Positions 49,503-62,299 of a stretch of 64,000 nucleotides of DNA are shown piece after piece. The notes beneath the pieces were generated by a model. The model was given only the letters and a program-made list of their open reading frames with translations. It did not search any database and had not been told where the DNA came from. A program made the translations under genes and the position numbers. The stretch lies in contig MU053216.1 of assembly GCA_013239625.1 (NCBI GenBank), positions 868,001-932,000 of the forward strand. Reading direction: 5' to 3'. Positions within the stretch are counted from its first letter, which is position 1. Every line of letters begins with the position of its first letter. The stretch comes from Lama guanicoe. Taxonomy: Eukaryota.

Positions 49503-51267
49503 GCCCCTCCCCGGCCCCCAGGAGGCCTTTCCTCCTCCCTCTGCGAACCCCAGACCTGTGCAGATGTGAAGACGCAGTGCCCTGTTCCTCTTCATCCGTC
49601 CACTCCGACTGGAACAAAACCCACACTGGACACTCAGGTCCCAGCGTCACTCCAGCAAAGGGACTGCAGCCCAGCCAGCCGTTTCCCGGCTTTCAGTGCT
49701 CATTCCTTCCAGCCTAAGTGGTGCAGGCAAGGTGGGCCTCGGTGGGCCCACCTGGGAAGACCAAGAAGGGTCCCTGAACGTCTGGTCACCAGCAAGGAGG
49801 CTTCAGGCGGGCATCCTGGGAAGGGCTGGGCGATTTCTGACCCGGTCCCCCCCACAACCCCGGGCTGATGCCAGGGGCCACCCAGTGGAGAGTCAGTGTC
49901 CTGAAACCAAGGCCTGACGGGGCCCCTGAGCCGCAGCCCACACGTCCAGAGCCCACGCATCAGGACTGCCACGTCTGCCCCTGCAGAGGCCCTGACAGAG
50001 TCAAGCCTGTCTTTCGGGGGCACTGATGATTTTCTCGGGCTCTTTGAGGAGATGGCACTTGAGACCCTAACGTGTCTTCACACGGGAGAGTGAGGACAGT
50101 GGTCTCGGCCGGTCAGAAGGGGGACCCCCGGGAGGGGCCCAGAGTCTGTGGAGGGGGCAAGGGCTACCCTGGGACCCCTCCCGGACGAAGGCTGGGCCTG
50201 AAGAGCAGAGCGGAAGAGTCTGGGGGCTCCTTACCCGGGCCTGGAATGCCCAGCCCCCTTCACACCCACTCTGCCTGACTCAGACCTGGAGCCGATGGGA
50301 CCCACTTCCCAGGAGGCCTCCCCTCGGGCCCCCGCCCAGCGGCTACGATTCCCTCCTCTGTCCTCCACCGCTCTGAGCCCCCCCCCCCGTGGCACTTACT
50401 ACAACCGGACCATCCTTCATAGCCGAGCCCTGGACCCCCTGTCCCGTGCCCAGCACAGTCCCAGGCTGTGGCAGGTGTTCCATGAGTGACTGAGTGACGG
50501 TGAGTGAACATGGCACTTTCATTCCTCGCTCTCAGCCTGAAATCCCGTCTCCCAGTCCAAACCCCTCCTGGGCCCTTTCCACTGGCTGTTTGCATGAACA
50601 CAGACCGCAGGCGGAGCCACGCACCAGCCCCTGAGCTGGCCCTAGGCCGCCCACTGACCCTCGCCCGGCCAGCTCTGCAGGGCCTTTCCTCCAGCACCAG
50701 GGACCCATCTGGCCCCTGGATCCCCAGGAGCCTCTTCCTCTTCTGGCCTCTCTTTCGGAAACACCTTTTTCCTGCCCCTCGGCTGCTGTGTTTCCTGCAC
50801 AGGGAGAGGGGCTTCTGATTGGAGTGTTATTTATAGCAGGCCTCCCTCCTTCCAGGCCTCACGAGGTGAGGGCCCTCAGCCCAGGGGTGCAGACAGAGGT
50901 GCTCAGGACTTGCCAGGGTCCCGGCCGCCAGAGGAAGGAAGCTGGGCTCCCAAACAAGGGGCAGGATGAGAGGCACTGGCCGCCCCCAGCTCCCCGCACC
51001 TGGCAGTGACCCCACACCTCCCTCAGGTCCCCAGACTTGAACTCTCAGGACCCCAGAGGCAAAGAGCTACAGGATTTCGATCTGGAGAAGAACCTAGAGA
51101 CCAAATCTGATGAGGAAACAGAGCCTCAGAAAGGGGGCACATCTGAACAAGGGCACACGCGGAGTCGAAGCAGGCCTTTCAGCCAGAACCGCCCGGACGC
51201 TGGCCCGGCTCACGGCGGTTACAAAGGGCCTCGCGTGCCGTCTCGTCCCACCTCACGAGGCAGGTGG

Positions 51268-51714
51268 TGTGCTAGGGGTTGAACTGTGTCATCAGAAAAA
51301 GAAACACTAACCATCGCAGGCTGTGACCTCGCTTGGAAACGGGCTCGCGACAGATGCCTTCAGTTCAGGTGAGGTCACCCTGGGGTAGGGCTGGCCTTAT
51401 GAGCTGGGTGTCATTAGAGGAGGAAATGCGGGCACAGGTGCCCACGGGGGGACGAGAGAGGACCGCAGGGGGACGACAGCCTCGCGACAATGGATGCAGA
51501 GACTGGGGCGATGTGTCCAGCCGCCAAGGGCTGCCGGCAACACCAGGCGCCAGAAGAAGCAGGAAGGACCCTCCCCTGCAGGTCTAGAGGGGGCGCGGCC
51601 CTGCCGGCACCGCGAGCTCGGACTTCCAGCTCCCAGAACCGAGACGATCGGTTTCTGCTGCTGTAAGCTGCCCGTTTGCAGTGCTTTGTCGCGGTGGGTC
51701 CGGCAGATGGACAC
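51268..51714 (+). mobile_element. MLT1B/C-like (ERVL-MaLR) solo LTR
   Basis: tgtgctaggggttgaactgtgtc...gcagagactggggcgatg...gcaggaaggaccctcccct...ggacttccagctcccagaacc...tttctgctgctgtaagc. Confidence 0.85.
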
Positions 51715-52379
51715 GTGCTGCGGTACCCCTTTGCCGGCTGAGGACTCTGAGACTAAGGGAGGCCAGACATGTCACCGGCTCCACACTGAGGAGCAACAGG
51801 CTCTTCCAGGAAGCCCGTGCGCCTCCTTGAGTCCCCTCTCTGCGTGTCCCTCCCACGGCTTCCCAGCCACTCTGCCCTGCCTTCCCTGCAGGCCTGCCCT
51901 CGCCTGGACAGCCCACCTGCTGCCCGGCTCCCCTCTTGCAGTCCTCCAGTCCACTCAGTACCTGCTCTCGGAAGCCCACCTGTGCCAGGTCTGGAACAGG
52001 TGCTGGGGTCCCTCCAGTGACCAGAGCCCACCTGGAGCTACGGGCGCTTGGTCAGACACCCCTTGGAGCCTCTGGCTAAAGTCCCGCCCGCATCTCCCTG
52101 TTCCCACCTGCAGGGCCGACACTTCTGCGTCCAGTGCTCTGAACTTTCTATTCTGGGAGGGAAAGGTGGCTCCCAGTCCATGAAGGCATCGTGTCCACAC
52201 ACAGGGAGCCATGAAACAGGAGGTGGTCTGGGCACAGTGAGGAGACACTGCCGACCCCAGAGCATTCCAGCTTAGCTTCACTCTCCAAATCCCCGCAGAG
52301 ACCCTCCTGGTGCGGGGAGGCGGGCCTGGGGCAGTGAGACAGGGCAAGAGCCCCCGCCTGGTGCACCGACTGGCTTATC

Positions 52380-52719
52380 CGAACATCAGAAATTAAAAGG
52401 CACGAACTACATCCTTCAACACGGACGAGTCTCAGAGACGGTACCCGGAGCGGAGGACGCGGACACAGAGCAGAACCCACCAAACGACCCCGCGTGTCCG
52501 ACATTCAGGAACAGGCACCAGGGATCCGGGTGATGAACGTCAGAAAGATGGAGGTGGGGGGGCGCTGACAGGCGTGGGGGGGACGGGAGGAAACTCTGGG
52601 CTGGGGAGTGTTCTGCGTCTGATCGGGGAATGGTTAGGAAGGCACGTTCATGTGTTAAGCACATCACACTGGACACCTAGGGTTTGTGCACTTCCCTGTA
52701 ACTCAAACCTCAATTAAAA
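52380..52719 (+). mobile_element. L1ME-like 3' end
   Basis: caacacggacgagtctcag...gtgttctgcgtctgatcgggg...tttgtgcacttccctgtaa...acctcaattaaaa. Confidence 0.7.
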
Positions 52720-54639
52720 CACGGCAGGGCAGGAAGGATTCCCGCCCTCGGGGCTGCAGGGGAGGCCAGCGCGGGGCCGGCGTGCGGGTGCTGGACGGCG
52801 GGGACAGCCTCCTGCTGCTGCTCTTAGACTGGAGGCTCGCTCGGCTGTGTCCATCTCCGGCTGCTCCAGGCAACCGCCCAGGTCTCTCTACAGAGAGGCA
52901 GATGGACGCAAACAGGGAGCCAGCTCCCGTCCATGGGCCAGCGAGCGCGGCTCCTCCCGGCTCACAGATCAGGCCTGCCTCCCGCCTCGCCTCGAAGGCC
53001 TCCGGGCCGAGCCCTCCCTGGTGCCCAACTGCCAGGGAGACGGAAGCGCGGTGGCCCCAGCTGCACCCCGGCTCCTGGGGCTCGAGCTCAGCACTTCTAA
53101 CCTGCTGCCTGCCCGTGGACTTTGCCTGGGCCACATCTGCGGCTCCTCCCCCAGAAGCCGGGGCAGCTCACAACGCCCTGGAAACGCAGCATGGCCAGAT
53201 GACAGGCAGGCCTTGCCCAACAGCCCCCAGAGGCCTGCAGCCTGGAGCCCAGTGGGGCCCGGAGGGCTCGTATGTCTCAGAGCCCGTACCACTGCCTCCT
53301 CGTCCGTCGGACCCCTAGCAGGGAAGCACCCCCGACTGGCACACAAACACCCCTTCAGGGATGAACCCCCCAGAAGTGAGGTCTGCAGGACTGGGGAGCT
53401 GAGCGTTTGCGCTGTCTCCATCACTGGCCCAGCCCGCATGTACCCTCCAAGGACCAGGGGCAGCGAGCCGCAGGGTGCCTGATCCGGGGGGTGCCCGGAT
53501 GGAGAACGATGGTGGTGACCAGCATCTGCTCCACGCCAGGCAGCTCGTGACACCCTCTGGGGCAGGACGACTGTCTCCATCCCACAGATGACGAGACGGA
53601 AGCCCAGGGGTGGCAGGGGCCAGGGCTGACTCTGAAGTCCACACGTTCCTCCACATCTCCTGCCCCAGGGACCCCGGGCCAGCGAGTGGCTGGGGGGCAG
53701 CAGATGGGCTCTCACCTGCGGGGAGACTCAGCGCCATGTGCAGGAGAGGGGGCGGACGCCCTGGCCGCCTGGCCCTCAGCTTATGGACAAGCTACCCCTT
53801 CCCTCGAGGAATCAAGACCAAGCGTTTCCTGAGCCCTCCTCTGGGCCAGGACCCAGCGAGGCCACTTCCAGCCCCACATCCCGCCGAGCGTGGCCCACTG
53901 GGCACTTCTGTGCCCTGGGCGGCGGCTCCCAGACACGTCGGCACGCCAGCCCCAAGCCAGCATCCCCGACACGGAGTCCTTTGTCTGCAACTGGACGTGG
54001 GTGGGAGTGTCCCGGCCTCTGTGGGGCTCAGCAGGGGCCCTTCCCACCCTCTTCCCACGGCCGCTCCAACCCTGTGGTCACTTTCTGGGCCTCCCTAGTG
54101 GCCTCCGATTCCTGTCTGTAGCCAGCAAGAGGAAGTGAGGCGATGACTCAGAGGTGTGATGGGGCCTTAGAGGAGCGTCTGGGCGACGACCCTGGGTGGG
54201 GAGCTAGGGCACAGCAGAGTCAGGGTGATTCCACGGGAGACGTGTAAACTGTCGCGGGGGCATACTCACCCCGGAACAGCTAAGAAGCAAGTCTCAGTGT
54301 TTTGCCAGACTAACACAGGCCTGCATTCAGGCCAAAGGCACTTAATTTCATCTCTGAGGAGAGAGCCAGAACGCAACCTGTAACACGTTCACAGTGTCGC
54401 TCGGACTGACTGGGTGACGCCTGCAACCGTGGTAGCGTCGGGGGCGCACCTTCACGTAGCTTTTCTTGAAAGGCAAATCTGAAGGACTGTCAACACAAAC
54501 GCCACAGCAAAGTTAGCCACAAAAACCCACTGTGATTTCTGCATTTGGGTAACCGATGTGACGCCTGTCGTTCAGGCCCACGGGCCATTAAAGAGGCTGC
54601 GCTCCTGTGCGTCCAGGCTGTGGGGGGCCTTGAGAGGCA

Positions 54640-54830
54640 AAGATCAGGAGCCAGAGGCCTGAGTTCCCACCTGATTCCCTGAAGCTGTGTGGCTTTGGGC
54701 AAGTTACCTACCCTCTCTGAGTCCCGATTTCACCAGCTGTAGAAAGGGGAACGTCTGTCCTGCCACCTGGTAGCATTGCCACAAGGAGAAAATGAGGTGT
54801 TGGCTGCGAAGTCGTCAATGACGGCTGTTC
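54640..54830 (+). mobile_element. MIR SINE
   Basis: cctgagttccc...gctgtgtggctttgggcaagttacct..ctctctgagtcccgatttc. Confidence 0.75.
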
Positions 54831-55019
54831 CCTAAACCAGAGGCGCTTCCGCAGTACAGACCTCAGGAGGGGCAGGAGGTGGGATCTGGGACCTGGGACT
54901 CCCGTCAGGCTCAGCTCCGCTCCAGGCTCAGGCCATGACTGCCCTGAGCGGTGTGGGTCCCACCCCCGCCCGTACATCCCCCGGGGCTACCTCTGCACTC
55001 AACCCGCCCCACCAGTTTC

Positions 55020-55400
55020 CAGACAGAAGGCCCAGGCGCCCTTTTGAGGCCCGCAAGAAAATGTTCTGGGTTCCAAAACACACAATACAAGCACAGAACT
55101 GAAGCTGGCCAAGAGGACCGTGTCTGTCAAACGGAGCTGCGTATCAGCTGAATCGATAATTACCTTTACTTTTCATAAAGTGGGTTATATTTGAAAGTAA
55201 CTGGCAGGTAAACTGTTTCTCACTTTGCAATAATGTCTGTCTGCGTTCAGGATTACCGAGAAATGGCCAAGATGAAATTATTAAGAAACGAACTGCCGAA
55301 GTCCAAATACTTTGGAAAGTTTTTAAAAATTTTTAAGACAAAAATATCAACGCTTCCTTTGTGGTGTGGGGTGCACTGCACCCTCCGGGGTGCGCTGTGT
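55020..55400. mobile_element. AT-rich island, possibly a degraded hAT-type DNA transposon
   Basis: Abrupt AT-rich block with ggcccgcaagaaaatgtt, reminiscent of hAT-Tip100 elements. TIRs were not identified. Confidence 0.25.
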
Positions 55401-56309
55401 CCTGGGGCTCTGTCAGGGGAAGCCCAGCTGGCCTGCTCGGGCTGGGCTCAGTGCTGCAGGCCGCGCCCGGCCCTCTGCCCTGTCCCCTCTCTGCGTCCAC
55501 ACATCGAAACATCTGAATTCAAACCTGCCTGCCTCACCACGCCTACGGGGGCCGCCACCACGCGGGCCAGAGACCGTATGACGCCCCCTCTGCCGGCCCC
55601 TCTCCCAGCCCCTCCTGCTGCCTGAAGAGCCCACGGTTACCAGTTCCTGCGCGGTTAGCCCACAGCGCCAGATAACGCGCTGACTGCACGACTCCCTGCC
55701 TTGTCACCTTTAGACAGTACCTATCATTTCCCGACAAAAGAGTTGAAAGCAAGAATCTCTCTTTGCCTCCACTTCCTCCCACAACATTGGATTTTCATTC
55801 CTCTCATTGGTTATTTTGCACCTATGATCTCAAGTCTGGGTTTCCTGTTTGGGGACGCTTTGAACCCCCTGACAAGACGAGGGTCCCAGAGACCCCCCTC
55901 AGTCACACAACACTGTATTCTCCATTGCAGTCCGCCTGGCAGCCACAGCCACGCTGAGCCAGCTTCCAGATGACCAGCACAGGCCACCTGCAGCGTCTGA
56001 ACCACGTGAGCATCGTGTAATACCAGCCTCGGAGGGCCCCGATCTCACTCTGCTCATCTGTAAGCAGGGACAGCCGAGCAGGTCCCCATGCCTCCCGAGG
56101 CAAGGAGGGCACAAGGGCTGTGAGTGACACTGAGAAGGCTTTCTGTGAGCGTAAGATCTTCTCTGTCTCTGGTTGTCCCAGGACGCACAGCCTGGAACCG
56201 CAGTGACGGCTCATCCTGGTACCCCGTCCCAACTTACGGGGTCACGACCTCCACCCCCCCTTTCTGGGGTTGGAAACTACAGCTCAGCCACAGCACGGCT
56301 CCCTAGCGG

Positions 56310-56620
56310 GTATTTGGGGAACGACTGGGGAGTCTGAATGCGGCCCATTTGCTAACTAGTTCTGTCACACTCAGCGTCGCCAGCTGGGACTGGGGCTGTG
56401 GGCCGTGGGCCCTTGCTCTTAGGAAACGCACGGGAAGCATTTAGGGGTTACGCGTGACCGTGTCAGCAGGTTATTTTCAAAGGGCTCAGGAAAGTTCTAG
56501 TACATACATCTATGTGGAGAGAGAGAGACAGTATCGCAGCAAAACATTACCCATCAGTGAATCCAGACATTCACGCGTCACTGACCTCCTCCACCGACTT
56601 GATGTTTTTCAAAATACAAC
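56310..56620 (+). mobile_element. L1MC/L1ME-like 3' end
   Basis: ccttgctcttaggaaacgcacgggaagcatttagggg...ttattttcaaagggctcag...gcaaaacattacc...ttgatgtttttcaaaata. Confidence 0.7.
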
Positions 56621-58697
56621 ATCACGGGGAGAAAACGTTCAACGTCGGAAGCAGCTTCCCGTGGCAGCGCCTCTCCCCTCCCTGGGGAGTCAGGTGTCGC
56701 CCCGACCCCACAGCTGCCACCGTCCCCCCAGAGAGGGGGTGGCTCTGCTGACGCCGTGCGAAGCCCCTGTGACGCCGCCCTGCCCCGAGCGGGGAGCGTG
56801 CGCGGTGTGGCGGTGCTGGGGGGGGCGGCAGGGACCCAGAACCTCCCCCAACAAGGGACAGGCGGAGCTGGGTCCCAGCTGGGGCTCCTCCCCCGGGCTC
56901 AGCTGTCTCCTTTGTTGAAAGGAGAGCAGACAGGACAGTTGGTATCTTAGCAGCTCCCAGAGACTCCTGCCCAGTCAACTCAATTATCTGCACCAATGAG
57001 CTGGGAAAAGAGGCACCGGTGACCGGCGTGGGCAGTCCTCTGTGGGACCTAGTCTGCGCTCTGCTGGAAGTCTGCGAAAAGCGAGGGTACACCCAAAGAG
57101 CACCAGGAGACATGAACAGTAAAGAGCAAAAGATGCTGTGGGACTCCCCCTGCTTTCTTCCTCCACGCCCCTCCTCGACGCCTGCTGCAGGAGGTCCACG
57201 AGCTGGAGAGAGCTGCTGTGCCCAGCTGGTAACGGCGATCTGCCCACGGAGGGTCTGTGCCAGGGAGCTCGGGACCAGGGGCCGCCTCCCACGCTGCACA
57301 CGACGCGTTCGGACGGAGGTGGACCACGGCTTGTGCTGCGGGAGATCCCTACAACGGGGGGCGACGGGGGTTCTCACCCTGAGCACCCCAGGGGCCAGTC
57401 AGGCTCCACGGTCCCGCAGGGTCCAGTCGCTCTCCGACCAGGCTTCCCAAGCTGGCCGGGTGGCCGGGATCCCTGGGGCGGGGGAAGGAGGAAGGCGGGG
57501 GTCACGAAAGTGGGGGAGCATGTGTTATGAGTGAGGCACTTTCATTCAGCTCTTCCTGGGACAGAAGCGGGCCCTCGGCGAGGTCTGCTGGCTGCCCCAA
57601 GCCCCACAGATGGCGCTGCTGACGCCGGGGGGAGACAGTGACTTCAACAGTATTTACTGGACACTCGTCGTGGGCCAAGGACTTTGCATGCAAAGTCAAG
57701 ATCTGAACTTAAGTCCAGACCTGGCTCGTTTCATGGTCCAGACTCTGCCTACGACGTCTCACCCGTCTCCTCAGGAAACACGCGAGAACACATCCAGCGA
57801 GGAAGACCTGGAGGAGACGGGGCTGCTGAGGGCAGAGGAAGAAACGGGGCGGCGCCCGGGGTGGTCTCTAGATGCGGAGGGCCGTCACCGCAGACTGCGG
57901 CACTGCTCCGCGTGGTGGACTGCTGACCTCCTGCTTTGTCGCTTGGTGACGCCCACCACCCGCTGCTGTCTTCACCAAAGGGCGGCCGTCACACCCCGAG
58001 ACTAACACAGGAGTAGCCTTGACGGACGAGAGCATCCCAACACGGGCCGATGCCGGGGGCCCCCAGCACCGGAGGGGCCCAAGGGCACGTTTCAGAGGGG
58101 CTGCTGTCTCTGAAGAGGGAACAGGGCACCATGACAGTCACGGCTCTTTCTCTGAAGGTTTAATTCCACGAAGTTGGCATCCGTTCTACTTACAAGTTAA
58201 CGTCAGAGGAGGGACGGGAAGCGGGTCACTCAGTGGTGAGGGAACTGCATCACTGAAGGTGGTGGCCAGCCAAGGGGTCCACCGAGTAGTTGGGACCCTC
58301 CCAGCGCTACAGACTCACTGAGGGAGCTTTTAAAACAGAGCCCGGAGCTGCCATCCCAGCCAACCAAAGCTGACTCTCGGGCTGAGCCCCTGAACCGGCA
58401 TCTTCCCGGAGCTCTCAGCGGACCCCAGCGCGCCGTCGCGACTGAACCACGGAGCCGGAGGCACGCAGCTCACGCTGGGGCCGCCGGGGCCCTCCGAGCC
58501 CCCAGTCAGCTCGCGTCTACCCCTGGGCTGGTCAGACATCTCTGACGTGGGGGCGGTGGCCAAGGGAGTGTTTGTAAGCCAAGAAGATCTGAGTCAAATC
58601 CTTCTAAGATGCCTCCCTTCAGTGCGGGTTGAGGTCCTTCAACCCTTCAAAGCCTCAGAGTCCTGGCTTTTCTAGTTACTGCAGAGGTTTCACAAGC

Positions 58698-58908
58698 TCA
58701 CAGAGACTGAAGGTGGGTGGTGGTTCCAGAGGCTGGGGGGCAGGGGAGGGGGCGGAGAGCGACTGTGTAACAGGACAGAGTTCAGTCTGGGAGGATGACG
58801 AGGTTCTGGAGCAGGACGGCGACACGGTGACACAGCCCTGCGGGCACACTCCGTGCCACCGAGCTGTGCACGTGAAGGGACTTAAGCGGCCAATTTTACC
58901 ACAATAAG
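58698..58908 (+). mobile_element. L1MB-like 3' end
   Basis: gtggttccagaggctgggg...acagagttcagtctgggaggatgacgaggttctggag...gccaccgagctgtgcac...ttttaccacaataa. Confidence 0.75.
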
Positions 58909-59189
58909 CTTTTTAATGTTTAAAGTGCAGTGACCTTAAAGAAAAATACAATACATGTGCATCAACCGCCCAACTACAGAATGTTTTAGCACTTTACACA
59001 TTTTCTGCACTTTTTTAAATAAAAGAAATGAAACTGTGCGTATTTTAAAGACAAGCTTTCAGAGGGAGGGACTCTGCCCAGGAAGCCAAGGGCACTTCAG
59101 CACAAGGAAACCAGGCAGCGCAGCGCACCACGACACACGGCACCCTCAGCTGGCAGAGACAAGGCTCCCGGCAAAACCCAAGGCCCTCC

Positions 59190-59560
59190 GCATCCACACG
59201 GCAGAGCACGTCTAGGAGCAACCCTCGGCCTTCGCCAAACACAGAGGCGAAGGGCTGAAAGCTTGGCCTCTAAGACCAGAAGCAAGGTGGGCTGCCAGCT
59301 CCCGCCCCGGCCACTCCACACTGGACTGGAGGCTCGGGCCAGAGCAGTCAGGGAAGGAAAAGAAAGAAGAGGCATCCGCGTTGGGAAAGAAGTCAGACTC
59401 TCTACTCACAGCTGACATGACTCTGCAGACGGAAAATCCCCCAGAGTCCACACACTGAAAAGCCCCAGGAGCTAACAAGCAAATGTCTCAGGCACACAAG
59501 AGCCACACGCAGATCAGCTGTGTTTCCGTAAACCAGCAGCGAGCAACGCCAAAGAGGAGG
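59190..59560 (+). mobile_element. L1 ORF2 reverse-transcriptase-region fragment, GC-drifted
   Basis: ctgaaagcttggcctctaagaccagaagcaagg...gccagagcagtcagggaaggaaaagaaagaagaggcatcc...cagctgacatga is collinear with the L1 RT around the FADD motif. Confidence 0.8.
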
Positions 59561-62254
59561 AGAACCAGCCCACGCGGGGGAGCGTTCGGGGCACCCGAGG
59601 ACCGGCCATCAGAACGGTCTCAGGGCCCCTAGAAGGGGAAGCATCTCCTTGTTAACCGTCCTTGGCGTTGGCATGTGCACCAGCACCTTTAATTTTTCAC
59701 GCCTATCCACACAGCTCCTACTAAAACCAAGCAGAGCAAACAGATCTGGTGGGGCGGGTGGGGTGCCGACCACACGGGGAGTGGGACCACCCCCACCCCC
59801 AGCAGGTCAGAGTGACCGGGGTCAGGGCCATCCTGCCTCCCTTCACGTCCCAAGAGTCACAGGAAGCTGGGAAGCACAGCCCCAGGCCCCTTGGAGGAAA
59901 TCGGGCCTGAGTCAGCCTTCCTAGGAGGGGAGGGGACGGGCCAGGCCCAGGAAAGTGTTTACGGGCGGGGGGGGGGTTTCCACTTGAAAAGTTGCTGCGG
60001 TGTTTTGTGTTCTTTTTTTTAAGTTGAAGAAGGAACTAAAAGTGTTTCTAAGGATTGTTATGACTTGGACCAGAAAGATGAAGTGTTTACCACACTTCTC
60101 CGTTCTCCGTGGTCCCGAGACGCAGACCTGGTGGCTGGCTGCATCACAGAGCAGCTCTCCTTACCTCGTATCTGTTCCTCTCTCTTGCCAACAGCTACGT
60201 GACACCTGCTGAGATCCGTGGATGGAAATACCAGGGAGAGAGGACTTCCATCGCAGAAGGGGATCTGCTGAAGGGCCAGGAGCCCTGTGCCAGGCTGGCT
60301 CCTGCAGCGCCCCAGCTGTGCACCCAGAGCCCCTCGCCCCTCCTGTGGGCCCTGACCCTTGTCTGTTGAGGGGAGGGCAGGGCGGGGCTGGGAGGGGAAG
60401 AGAGCCTTCTGACTCAGACATTCTAGTTTTTCTAAAGGCCAAGCCCTTGAAGAACTCGAAAGAACTTTCAAAGAAGAGGAAAGTGACACTGATGGAAAAT
60501 GGAAAGATGAAACGAGACAAATTTTAAAAGACGGACAAGAGACTTTCCTGCTCCAGGCGATGGTTTTCCACTGGGCTCAAGCTCAGCGGATACCAGTGGC
60601 CTCGGGAGGGGCCCAGTTTGGGAAGGGAAGGAAAACCAGCAGTCCTGTTTTCAGTTTGCACAGGCCAGTCCTCCCCACGGAGATCCCAGAAAAGGCCCAT
60701 GTGCTTTGGGTCGATCAGCCTCATAATGCATCAGGATTTGAGGTGGAAAAAAGGGGGTGAAGGCAAATCAAACAATTCCCAAAGAATTAATGGGCACCAG
60801 AGTTGGGTAAGAGGCCTCTGGGTGGTACCTAAATTTTTCCAGTTGCATGAATTTGGCAAACATTTATGAAATGCCTGCTAAGCGCTGGGTGTCTTGCAGG
60901 AAGGCGTTCACAAGGGGGTGGAAACACAAAGCAGAGGGCGGGACCTGTACCCCAGCCCCGAGGGTTCAGACACATTTCTGGAGTTCCACCTGGAAAGCTC
61001 AGGAAAGAGACCCTAGAGGCTGGGGCACAGGTCACAAAGGCCTTGTGCACTCCTTGCTCCAGCTGCACCAGTCCCCCGCCCCCGACTGCGCAGGAGTGAG
61101 GAATCACCGGCTCTCTGACCGTCCAGGGATGAGCAGCACAGGCTGACTCAGGACCAGAGGCCCATCAAAAACTTCCCCCAGGAACCACCAGGGAGAGCAC
61201 GGACCACGACAGAGCTCGACTGGGGGAGGAAGTCCAGTCACTGGGATGCTGTCTCATCTCCCAGTTTCATCCCAAAGGCACACAAACCAAAATTCAAAGT
61301 AGGATTAAAAACAAATTAACGAGTAGGCTGGAGTCACAAGTGTCCCTGGCCTGAAGGGAGCCCAGGTCCCCGCAGTGCAGCCCCGCCTGCTCAGGGAGGG
61401 TTCTTTGTGTGGCGTCCTGCCGCCCCATCATGCACGTTGCAGGGGACGCCACTTCGGAGAACAAGAGCCTCACAAGACGCAAAGCCTCTGCCTCTGCAGC
61501 CTGAACAAGGCCGCAGGCTTTTCAGCACTGAACGTGAACCAGCCAGCGGTGTCCCAGCCACTGAGACAGGAAGCCAGATAAACAGCACGTTATGGAGGGG
61601 GAGCCGAGCCTCCCATAAGCTGGCGCCAGCTGCGCCCTGGGCTGTCCTAACAAAGTCCCATTGACTCGCCAGCTGATTTTCCTATGCTGGGCTCCCAGAC
61701 AAGGAACCCTCTCTGCTGGGTGAATATCACCCTGCACACCGCCCCCAGTGCCCACCCTCACACCTCCCCGTTCTTGCCTCCCTCTCTGTCCCCTGCGGAC
61801 TTGGCCGGTCCTTTATCCTCTGACCAGTTTCCTTTGGCCCTGAGCACAGACGGAACGCCCAAGCACTGGGGGCCCTCAGGTGAGCTGTGGAGTCCACCAA
61901 CCTCTCCCCGCCCCTCCCTCGCGGCTCCTCCAGGAAGCTGTCTTCGGAGCGCCAAGAGGACAGCCCCCAGGGACAGGGAACTGCGAGACAGCGCTTCTGA
62001 GCACATCCCAGGGCTTGTGAGCGTTTTCCAGAACGCCAGGGCAAGTTCACCTGCCCAGCTGTTCAGCTCCCTCCGCTGGGATGGGAGGAGAAGATGTGGG
62101 CAGGGTGTGTAGCCCTCGGTGTCTCTGATCACAGGAGCTCAACACACTTTAAACTGCACGGGAAGGTTCAGAAAGGTTGGAGTTGGGAGGCCCCTAGCGA
62201 GGCCCCTAGCGAGTCAGCTCCTGCACCAGACGACGCGCAGCCCCGCAGAGACGT

Positions 62255-62296
62255 GCAGACAGACAGACAGACAGACACACACACACACACACACAC
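62255..62296. repeat. Compound (GACA)n(CA)n microsatellite at the CpG island edge
   Basis: gcagacagacagacagacagacacacacacacacacacacac. Confidence 0.9.
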
Positions 62297-62299
62297 AGC

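Noticed and set aside
56960-57010. 'SLVQIIELTGQE' resembling CH-domain 'LAQIIQVVANE'
   Set aside because: No upstream IYTDWANHYL/DLQQDVTDG-like sequence in any frame I read, so this is chance similarity.
58330-58563. 'PVQGLSP' resembling NAV CH-domain 'IQGLSAEEI'
   Set aside because: The match is only about 5 residues, the flanks do not fit the CH consensus, and there are no suitable splice sites.
7460-59560. Orientation bias of L1 fragments antisense to the gene
   Set aside because: Roughly 7 antisense versus 5 sense fragments, which is not meaningful.
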